Assembly (NCBI GenBank): GCA_965237415.1
Contig: CBDEFM010000002.1
Span: 3,552,001 to 3,616,000 of the forward strand
Source: Alphaproteobacteria bacterium
Lineage (GTDB): Bacteria; Pseudomonadota; Alphaproteobacteria; UBA828
Reading direction: 5' to 3'
DNA length: 64,000 nt
Under the pieces are notes generated by a model. The model did no database searches, was not told the origin of the DNA, and saw only the letters and a list, made by a program, of their open reading frames with translations. Below are positions 35,534-43,675 of the stretch, in pieces; position 1 is the stretch's first letter, and each line of letters begins with the position of its first letter. Made by a program: the position numbers and the translations under genes.

Positions 35534-36772
35534 ATGGGTCGCATGGGCGAGACCATTGGAAAGCGCGTGGCGAGGGTGAAGCTGACCCTCAGCAAGCGGA
35601 ACATCGACAACCTCGAGGCTGGGAACAAGCCCTGGATCGCGTGGGACGACAAGCTGACCGGCTTCGGGATGAAGGTGTATCCCTCGGGCAAGAAGTCCTT
35701 TGTGGTGAATTACCGCAGCGGAGAGGGGAGTCGGAAGGATCGCAACAATCGTGTCGTCATTGGGCACTACGGCAGGATAAGTGCGGAGGAGGGGCGACGG
35801 CGCGCCCACAAGCTGCTTGGTGAGGTTGCCAGCGGCGGCGACCCAGCGGAAGAACGCGCCGAAGCCCGTCGCATGCCGCTGCTTTCCGAGGCCTTCGAGG
35901 ACTACATGGCGGTCAATCCAAACCGGAAGGCACGCACGAATGAGGACTATCGGAAAGTCTTCAGGCGTTATCTCAGCGACTGGGGGAAGCGTGCCCTGGA
36001 CGCCATTACCCGACAGGACGTGGAGGCCCGCTTCAACAGTCTGACCGTCGAAAGCGGTTGGGCTTCAGCCAACCAAGCCATATCGCTATTGCGTTCGGTG
36101 TATCGACGGCCTTGCGTCGACATCGAGGGGTTACGCAGCCCGGTCGACCTGTGGCTGGCCGGTGGTGGCAAGTTCCATCGAAATGTGCGGCGCAAGATTT
36201 CGTCGCCGGCCGAAGTGCTGCCGCGTTGGCGGATGGGTATCGAGGCCGCGGTGGAAAATCGCGTGATGAGAGACACGCTGTGGTTTGGGGTCTACACCGG
36301 TATGCGCCTCAACGAGGTCCTTCCGCTGCGCTGGGAGAGCGTGGATCGGGATGGCCGGGTCTTCCGGGTTGACGAAACCAAGACGGGGGTTCCGCTTGAA
36401 CTGCCCATTACCCGTCAGGTCGGAACGGTTTTGGATCGTCGTTGGGCGGAGAACGGCGATCAGCAGGGCGGCTGGGTATTTCCATCCCGTCGCAGCGGCA
36501 CGGGGCACATCATAGGCGTGAACAACTATTACGCGGCGATCGGCAAGGCCGGGGGCGCGAAGTTCTGGTATCACGCGCTGCGCAACTGCTTCATTACGAT
36601 CGCTGAACGGGACCTGATGATCGCTCACACCCTGACCAAGCGGCTGGTCAACCATGTCCCGCCGAGGGATGTGACCGAAGGGTACGCAGCAGATTGGACA
36701 ATTGACCAATTGCGTGAGCCTGCCCAAAGGATTGCCGACCGAATCGAGATCCTGATGGGGAAAGGGCTGTGA
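35534..36772 (+). CDS. Tyrosine integrase with N-terminal arm-binding domain
   Basis: WDDKLTGFG arm domain; TGMR, HALR, LVNH, EGY catalytic residues. Confidence 0.93.
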   Translation: MGRMGETIGKRVARVKLTLSKRNIDNLEAGNKPWIAWDDKLTGFGMKVYPSGKKSFVVNYRSGEGSRKDRNNRVVIGHYGRISAEEGRRRAHKLLGEVASGGDPAEERAEARRMPLLSEAFEDYMAVNPNRKARTNEDYRKVFRRYLSDWGKRALDAITRQDVEARFNSLTVESGWASANQAISLLRSVYRRPCVDIEGLRSPVDLWLAGGGKFHRNVRRKISSPAEVLPRWRMGIEAAVENRVMRDTLWFGVYTGMRLNEVLPLRWESVDRDGRVFRVDETKTGVPLELPITRQVGTVLDRRWAENGDQQGGWVFPSRRSGTGHIIGVNNYYAAIGKAGGAKFWYHALRNCFITIAERDLMIAHTLTKRLVNHVPPRDVTEGYAADWTIDQLREPAQRIADRIEILMGKGL

Positions 36773-36934
36773 TCGCCCAAGACTTGGGCCACGCGTTGGA
36801 TGTCGATTGGCCCGAGAAATCCTTCGTCTTTTCGGGGCCGCACGGACGCAATTCGGATGGCTAAAGAGGGTTGCATTGCAGATTATTCAGGCTATGCCCA
36901 GACAACTCAGAGCAAGGCCTGACAATGAAACTGT

Positions 36935-36979
36935 CTCATAACCTGAAGGTCGTAGGTTCAAATCCTACCCCCGCAACCA
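36935..36979 (+). repeat. 3' half of initiator tRNA-Met (att-like remnant)
   Basis: CTCATAACCTGAAGGTCGTAGGTTCAAATCCTACCCCCGCAACCA; no 5' half upstream. Confidence 0.88.
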
Positions 36980-36981
36980 AT

Positions 36982-37017
36982 AAATCCCCGTTATCTCAGT
37001 AGGATAGCGGGGATTTT
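36982..37017 (+). terminator. Intrinsic terminator-like hairpin after the tRNA-Met fragment
   Basis: AAATCCCCGTTATC / GATAGCGGGGATTT stem with T tail. Confidence 0.7.
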
Positions 37018-37073
37018 GGATTCCAAGTCAGCGGAGTTGCTGGATAGCGGTACTTCATAGGTACCGGAATTTT

Positions 37074-38540
37074 GTAAAGTTGAGAGCACCCCAGGGCAGA
37101 GCTGACGTTTTTGTTCGGTCACGGCGTGATGAAGGGCCGCACGGGGTGACGGAGGACCATGATCTCACCGGTTGAGAGTGCGCCGCCAGTCCTTTCGGAG
37201 GGGGCGGAGCCAGATGTCCCTCTTCGGTTGATCCCGTCTGGTGTGTCGGTCGTAGCGGCCCCGTCCCTTGGTGGTTCCGACGAGGGTCCAGCCGGACGCC
37301 TTGTATAGCGCGCCGGTGAAGCGCGGGGTCTCGACGAAGGTCTCGATGAGCACGGGCGTGGTGTTGTAGCGCTCGGTCCAGTCGTCGGGCAGTTGGCGGC
37401 GGACCAGGGAGAGGATGTGCGAGCCCAGGTTCGGGATCGCGATCCAGGGCAGGATCAGGAACCTCGGGTTGTCGATCACGAGCGGAAGGTTCTTCTCGCG
37501 CAGTTGCGGCGTCCATCCGATGAAGCTGTCGCGGGGCGCGAGCTTGCGTGCCGCTGTGCTGAAGCCGAGCATGGCGAGCGGCCCGCCGTCGCGGTCATGG
37601 ACGACGTAGCGCATCTGGGCGCCGACCAGGGTCTTGTATCCGAGGTAGTGGTAGCGGGCGATGAACTCGTTCCAGCGCTTGCCCTCGCGGGTGTAGCGCA
37701 TGACGGGGCGAAGGCTGAGCGGGCGGACCTCATCGAGCGTTGTCGGCGGCGGGAACGGCGGCGGTTCGGTGTCCGGTCCGAAGACCATCGGCCGGCGCGG
37801 GGGGCGTGGCCATTTCGGCGGCGGCAGCGTGATCAGGCCGTCGTTGTACATGGCCAGCATCGTGACCCTGGCCATCATGTCCTTGAGTCCGCCGTCGGGC
37901 TTGAACCAGCCGATGCGCCGGCAGAACTCCCTCGACAGTGCATGGCGGTTGGGCGGCGGGTCGGCGGCAATCAGCGCACGCAGCAGCGCCATCTCCCCGG
38001 TGGTGAAGTGTCGCCCGTAGTAGCGGCACTCGACGTCGGAGGTCATCCCGGCGCCATCAGAGCGCGCCTGCGTTCCTCGCTCATGGACCATGGAAGCCAT
38101 GGCGACAGGTCGTCTGGCGGTTGGCCGCCATTATTCGCGCAAGCTTGAAGCCACGCCTCCAGCCAGCGCCGGACATCGATGCCGTTGGTCTTCAGCGTGG
38201 CGACGACGGAGTACATCAGCGCGGTGAACCGCGCGCCAGTCTCGCTGTCGGATCCGAAGCTCAGCCGTCTTCCGATGACCGGGCCCCTGAGCGCGCGCTC
38301 GGCGGCATTATTGTCCATGGGCACCTGGGGCTTGTCGACGAAGACGCTCAGCCCGTCGCGATGGTTGAGCAGCGAGCGCAGGGCCTTGGTCTCACGCGCC
38401 CCGGCCGGCAGGGCGGCGAGTTCCCGCTCGGCGGTTGCGAACAGGCGCTCGACCTCCACTTCCAACGCGCCCTGCGCTTGCGCGAACGCCGCCGTCTGGC
38501 GCTCGAGAGCGGGGTCGTAATGCTCCAACCTCGCCTCGTT
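37074..38540 (-). mobile_element. IS66-family remnant (C-terminal tnpC + DUF4338 + end)
   Basis: PMDNNAAERALRG..R..SFGS motif at 38043-38540; GTAAAGTTGAG terminus at 37074. Confidence 0.78.
37165..38046 (-). CDS. DUF4338-family protein (passenger of an IS66-like element)
   Basis: YHYLGY..VGAQMRY, RDSFIGW, RFLILPW, ETFV, GTTKGRG; ATGA-coupled to the transposase. Confidence 0.82.
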   Translation of the reverse strand: MTSDVECRYYGRHFTTGEMALLRALIAADPPPNRHALSREFCRRIGWFKPDGGLKDMMARVTMLAMYNDGLITLPPPKWPRPPRRPMVFGPDTEPPPFPPPTTLDEVRPLSLRPVMRYTREGKRWNEFIARYHYLGYKTLVGAQMRYVVHDRDGGPLAMLGFSTAARKLAPRDSFIGWTPQLREKNLPLVIDNPRFLILPWIAIPNLGSHILSLVRRQLPDDWTERYNTTPVLIETFVETPRFTGALYKASGWTLVGTTKGRGRYDRHTRRDQPKRDIWLRPLRKDWRRTLNR

Positions 38541-39396
38541 CACCGCCGAGAACATCCAGGCCTTTCTGCCCACCTTCAAGAACGCCCTCATCCGCCGCGG
38601 GCTCCCCCAGCGCCTATACGTCGACAATGGCGCCGCCTACCGCTCCCGTCAGCTCGTCCTGATCTGCGCAAAGCTCGGCATGGCCCTCGTCCATGCCCGG
38701 CCCTATCAGCCGGCTGGGAAGGGTAAGATCGAGCGCTTCTTCAGGACGCTGCGCGCCGGCTGGCTCAACCACCTCGATCCTCAGGCTCTGGACAGCCTCC
38801 AGACCCTGAACCGCAGCCTCTGGGCCTGGATCGAGGGCGAGTATCACAACTCCCCCCATCGCGGCATCGAGGGGCGCACGCCGCTCGAGCAATGGGCACT
38901 GGCCAGTGCAGGCGTCCGCTACCCCGATGCCACCCTCGACCTCGACGAGATCTTCCTCTTCGAGGCCAGGCGCCTCGTCCACAAGGATCGCACCGTCAGC
39001 CTGAACGGCCGCCTCTACGAGGTCGATCCCCTCCTCGTCGGGCAGAAGGTCATCTTGCGCTACGACCCGGACGCGCCGCCCTCCCGGCCCCTCGATGTCG
39101 TCCACGACGGAAAGCCCGCCGGTAAGGCCAGCCAGCGCCTCGTCGTCCGACACCATCTCACCGGCCTCGATCGGGATGAGGTCGACGCCTATCTCAAGCA
39201 CCGCCTCCGCCTCGCCGGGTGCGAGCTGCCCCTGTTCGAGGCGCCCGCCGTCGAGGCCCTGTTCCAGAGCGCCAGGGGCCTGCCGCGGCAGATCAACCGC
39301 ATCGCCCACTACGCCCTCTCCGCCGCCGCCCTCGACAAGGCAAGAACCGTCAACGCAGAGCACCTCCAGCACGCCCTGGACGAGCTCAGGCCATGA
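38540..39396 (+). pseudogene. DDE transposase fragment fused by deletion to an ExeA-like ATPase C-terminus
   Basis: LYVDNGAAY, GKGKIERFFRT, YHNSPH, then HRLRLAG..GLPRQINRIA; no Walker A. Confidence 0.78.
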
Positions 39397-39593
39397 CTAT
39401 CGTCATCACCCTGCCCGACGAGATCAGCGACGAGACCGCCGCTCACATCGTCGACTTGTGCTACCAACTCGGCCACGTTCTCGAAGGGCACTACTACGGT
39501 CAGATCAGGCGCTATTGCCAGCGCGAGTGCCCGCCACCCTTCGACGACGGGGAACAGATGCCGCTCTTCCCGGAGTTGGATATCCCGTTCTGA
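39393..39593 (+). CDS. Small hypothetical protein of the DDE/ExeA element
   Basis: ATGA-coupled; 66 aa, ends DIPF. Confidence 0.5.
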   Translation: MTIVITLPDEISDETAAHIVDLCYQLGHVLEGHYYGQIRRYCQRECPPPFDDGEQMPLFPELDIPF

Positions 39594-39829
39594 AGCGCCG
39601 TCGCGGGTCAGCGCACGGCCGGGGCCGGCCCAATCATGGTGGCACCACCGCCCGTCCCCTTCCGGCTCCCTGAAACGCTTGAGCGCCGCGGGAGCCGGAA
39701 CGGGAATCACTCCCGCTGACCCTCAAGCCACGCCCCAACAAGCAGGACGAAACGATCCGCTCGCCCCTCGCGAGGCAAGCAGAAATGCGTCGGCACCGGC
39801 TCGTCATCGATCCGGCAAAGCCCGAACAA

Positions 39830-39901
39830 TGTGAGAAATCCACGCCTCCGACGCACGAAATAATCCGGGAAATCCATCGTCAAATAATCTGCGATACAAC
39901 A
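39830..39901. mobile_element. Right end of the DDE/ExeA transposon
   Basis: Terminal TGT (minus strand, 39901) with repeated GATTATTT and GGATTTC motifs; truncates an IS110 fragment. Confidence 0.6.
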
Positions 39902-40386
39902 CCCCAACTCTGTCGGCTGATATCGATCGCGACATACAGCGTGCCATGCTCGGTACTGGCCGGCGCAGCGGTCTCGTTTCGTGGAGGCATCTTCTGGCTC
40001 CTGTGAGGGATTCTTGAACGACGGCACCGTAGCGTCGGTCGCCAATTCGGCCTCATAGGATCTTCGTAACCGGCTTCGTAGCAGCACAGGATACGGACCT
40101 CCCGGCCGAGATCCCGTTCGGCCTTCGCCCGATGACGCTCGATCAAATCCCTGAGGCCCTCCACATCCGCGCTGCCAAGCGAGTGCAGGCCGATGCGCTC
40201 GCTCGTCGGACCCTTGATGCCGACTACCCAACTCTTCCCGCTGATCTCGATCGCGACATAAAGCGTGCCGTAGTCCGCACCGGCCGGTGCCGCAGTCTGC
40301 TTCCTCGAAGGCATTCGGTATCTCCTAGTGAGGCTTTCAAAACAGCAGGACCGTAACGTCGGTCCCGATTCGGCCTCATAGGATCT
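39902..40386 (-). mobile_element. Two tandem truncated IS110-family left ends
   Basis: YVAI[ED]IS..SW twice, CCYEAGY; 19-bp identical leader at 40045-40063 and 40368-40386. Confidence 0.8.
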
Positions 40387-40412
40387 ACGGGGACAAGCTA
40401 CCGCCGAAGCCC

Positions 40413-40464
40413 GTGGCACACTTTTACTCCGCCGCGCCGGTACACAATCCCGCCGCCGTTGACA
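40413..40464 (-). mobile_element. IS21-family terminal repeat remnant
   Basis: TGTCAACGGCGG..GGCGGAGTAAAAGTGTGCCA, the IS21-type end pattern. Confidence 0.62.
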
Positions 40465-40517
40465 GCTTGGGCTTTCTCACCTGAGGGGTAGGAAACGTAA
40501 TCGGTTTGAGGATGTCC

Positions 40518-42167
40518 TCAGCCGAATTCTCTGGGGTCCACACGATCCGCGAAGCGGCGCTCCAACTCACCTTCACCGTTGCAAGCTGGGCAGTCATTCC
40601 CGAGAAAATGACGTTTTCCATTGCAGAGGGGGCATTCGATAGACTGATAATCCTGCACCTCGATTCTATCTAGGTCTCGACGATCAATCTGTGCCTCGCC
40701 GCTGCAAACTGGGCAATCGTCGCCCTTACGTCTTCCTTGGCCGTCACACACGGGACAATCGACTTTCTGGTAATCTTGAAGTTCGACCGCTTCAGCGAAT
40801 CGCCGCTGCATACTTCCTTCCCCGCCGCATTCAGGACAGTCTCGGTCCTCGTAACTACCCGCACCATCACAGAGGGGACATTCGATCGACTGATAATCCT
40901 GCACCTCGATTCTATCTAGGTCTCCACGGTCAATCTGTGCCTCGCCGCGGCAAGCTGGGCAATCGTCTCCCATATATCTTCCTTGGCCGTCACACACGGG
41001 ACAATTGACTTTCTGGTAATCTTGAAGTTCGACCGCTTCAGCGAAGCGCTGCTGCATACTTCCTTTCCCGCCACATTCAGGACAGTCTCGGTGCTCGTAA
41101 CGACCCGCACCATCGCAGAGGGGACAGGCGACATCTTCGTAGTCCCGCACGTCAATGCTATTGGCGTAGCGTCGGGCCATCCGAGCCTCTCCGTCGCAGG
41201 CGGGGCAAGGTTCTTGCGTCAGGGTCCCCATGCCCTCGCAAACGGGGCAGTCAACGTACCCGTACTCTCTAAGGTCGATTACCTTGGCAAGTCTCGGCTC
41301 AATCTCACGATCTCCGTTACATACAGGGCAGTCGGTTCCCTCATGTTGGCCGCCACTCTCACAAAGCGGGCAGGTCACGAAGCCAAAGGCCGCAACATAC
41401 TTCTTTCGAATCTTCTCTGCCCTTTTAAGACGCTTCACTATGTTTGACTTGCTTTTCGACAACGAGATCGCGTCTGCGGATATCGTCTCGTAAACAGCAT
41501 ACTTTGGATCAGTCTCGGATACAGGAGCGAGCCCCGGAAGGGCAGCGAGCGTCTCCTTTGCAAGTTTCTTTACTGCCTTAATCTGTTCCTTTGTTTTGGC
41601 TCTTTTTAGCTGCTTTTTAAGGCCATTACAGTTCTCCAATACGTAGAAAAGTTGGTGGCTAACTTCATGCTGTGTACGCCAGAGCATTACCCGATAACGT
41701 CGCAGTGCTTGCTTGAAGATGGCGACGAAAAAAGCGTTTTCTTTATCGGGACCGAACAGTCCATTGTCGTAAGCGACATGGTGGTTGGCGCAGAGCCACA
41801 AGAGATTTTCTGGATGGTTATTGTCGCTCTTTGCAACCGGGTCCAGGTGTGCCGCTTCACAAGTATCCTTATGACTGTGACAAACGGCGCACTCGCCGTT
41901 TGCCTCTTGCTTGATCTCGCGCCTAATGCCGGTGGGGATGTGAGGGCGTCGTCCGTCTTTGCGAGGCCACGGCCGCTTCAGCCAGTTGTTGAAATCGAGA
42001 ACCTCTTCTTCATCGAAAAACAAGGTATCGTTCTTGATCTTCGCAGCTTTGAGTTTTCGTTTACTGCCGTGCTTCGGGGAGTACGAGGTAAGCCACCGCA
42101 GCAATGTTGGTGACATCGCTGTCAAAGCCGCTGCCTCGTACTCGCTGATGAGAGTTTTCTTGACCAT
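40518..42167 (-). CDS. HTH-HNH nuclease with seven 41-aa CxxCxG zinc-ribbon repeats
   Basis: CAVC..EAAHLDP..N.PENLLWLCANHH; repeats in the C-terminal half. Confidence 0.85.
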   Translation of the reverse strand: MVKKTLISEYEAAALTAMSPTLLRWLTSYSPKHGSKRKLKAAKIKNDTLFFDEEEVLDFNNWLKRPWPRKDGRRPHIPTGIRREIKQEANGECAVCHSHKDTCEAAHLDPVAKSDNNHPENLLWLCANHHVAYDNGLFGPDKENAFFVAIFKQALRRYRVMLWRTQHEVSHQLFYVLENCNGLKKQLKRAKTKEQIKAVKKLAKETLAALPGLAPVSETDPKYAVYETISADAISLSKSKSNIVKRLKRAEKIRKKYVAAFGFVTCPLCESGGQHEGTDCPVCNGDREIEPRLAKVIDLREYGYVDCPVCEGMGTLTQEPCPACDGEARMARRYANSIDVRDYEDVACPLCDGAGRYEHRDCPECGGKGSMQQRFAEAVELQDYQKVNCPVCDGQGRYMGDDCPACRGEAQIDRGDLDRIEVQDYQSIECPLCDGAGSYEDRDCPECGGEGSMQRRFAEAVELQDYQKVDCPVCDGQGRRKGDDCPVCSGEAQIDRRDLDRIEVQDYQSIECPLCNGKRHFLGNDCPACNGEGELERRFADRVDPREFG

Positions 42168-42544
42168 TGTACGAAACACTGTAAGTGAATGATTACGAAA
42201 CGGATTTTGACGAGTCTAGATTTCCTCTATATTTCTCGATCGCAGACTTCACAATGCCGACGACCTTGGTCAGGAATGTCCGAGCTTGTAGTCTCAGGAC
42301 TGGTCTGACCGGCGAAATGTTATCCTCGTATGGGCGGCAGATTACTGTAGCACGGCGGGAAACCGAATTGTAACCGGGATCGGTGTAAGCAGTCATCCAA
42401 TCGTTGCGGCGCTGATCAGCAAGCCGTTTCTTCAGGAGGTCAAGCAGGGCGTTGATCGATGAACAGCGCCTCGATCGCCGTTGCATCTTGGCCGAGACGG
42501 CAACGTTCCACCGCGATCCGCATTCTAAAATGGCTGCAGGCCAC

Positions 42545-42836
42545 GATGACCGGGACGCGGGTCGGCATCCACGGTAGTCTTGATCGCGAGTAGGAGCTGC
42601 GGGACGCGTTGGATTTCGTCGATGATCGCCCGGTCAAGATCGCAGACGAAACCAACGGGATCGGCGGATGCGGAGTCGAGGACGGTGGCGTCGTCGAGCG
42701 TTACGAATGGGACATCGTTGCCCGCAATCCGCTGCGCAAGCGTGATCTCGCCTGATTGCCGGGGGCCGCAAAACAGCACGACCCTGGTGTCCGTCAGGGC
42801 TTCCCGAATCCGCCCTTCAACAAAACGAGGATACAT
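42545..42836 (-). pseudogene. AAA ATPase (DUF4143-type), N-terminal fragment
   Basis: GPRQSGE (Walker A Lys lost), IIDEIQRVP; truncated after ~95 aa. Confidence 0.75.
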
Positions 42837-42970
42837 GCCGCCGTCTCGGATCACTGACCGTTGGAAAGATGACCTTCAACGAATTGAAAGTCAATATCCG
42901 ACCAATTGAAACAACGCAGCCGACTCTGCCGCTGACGGATGGGGCCTGCAAGTGGAAGCACGGTGGCCGA

Positions 42971-43630
42971 TCAGCGAGTGGGCGAAGATTCCGCAGCGAT
43001 CGCCAGATCACCGTCGATGCTGTCACCAATACGGGCAGCAGACGCCTTGACGGTGTCGCGAGCGAGGTGGGCATAGCGGGCCGTCGTCTGAACCTGGGTG
43101 TGACCCAGCAGCTTCCCGATCATTGGCAATCCTTCGCCGAGCGCCAGTGCGCGCGAGGCGAAGCTGTGGCGCAGGTCGTGGATCCGCACATCGTCGAGCT
43201 CAGCGCGCGCACGGATACGCCTCCAAGGATGCTGAAGGTCGGTCAAATGGCTGCCCGGCTTTTTGCCTGCGATCACCCAACAGTTGTCCTCGTCGCGGGG
43301 CAGGGACTCCAGGAGCCGCACTGCGGACGGGGCAAGCGGAACCGCCCGCCCCCCGGTCTTGGCGTCGGGAAGCCGCAGCTCGCCCGCCTCCAGGTCAACA
43401 TGCTCCCACTGTAGCTTCTGGATCTCCGACAACCGGCAACCGGTCAGCATCAGCAGGCGAATCGCCACCAACGCGGAGCGGGACTCCGAACCTTCCTGGA
43501 GAATCTCGTCCAGCACGCGCCCGAGACGGGCGAACTCCTCGGCACTCAGGAAGCGCTCGCGCTTCTCCTCCCTGTAGCGCTTGACGTGTAGACATGGGTT
43601 CGAGCCGTCGGGACGGAGGCCCCACATGCC
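42971..43630 (-). pseudogene. Tyrosine integrase, 5'-truncated
   Basis: TGCRLSEI, HDLRHSFAS, LGHTQVQTTARY; no arm domain. Confidence 0.85.
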
Positions 43631-43675
43631 AGCGGCCGATCTCATAGAGACTATGTCCTGCCTTAGAGCACCACG

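Noticed and set aside
35534-36772. Integron integrase with a cassette array
   Set aside because: It has an arm-binding domain and tRNA att sites; no attC-like repeats were seen between cargo genes
36935-36979. Functional tRNA-Met (and tRNA-Lys at 35307-35351)
   Set aside because: Both lack the 5' acceptor strand and D arm; they are att-type halves
37165-38046. Druantia defence system
   Set aside because: Only a DUF4338 gene coupled to an IS66 transposase; no DruE-like helicase or other partners in the window
40518-42167. DnaJ chaperone
   Set aside because: No J domain or HPD motif; the CxxCxGxG units follow an HNH domain
42193-42486. 97-aa ORF upstream of the HNH gene as a system partner
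   Set aside because: No recognisable motif; it may be a truncated fragment, so a link cannot be supported
42855-42912. CRISPR array (ATTGAAAG/ATTGAAAC ends)
   Set aside because: The period is only 22 bp, the repeats are degenerate, there is no room for spacers and no cas genes are present
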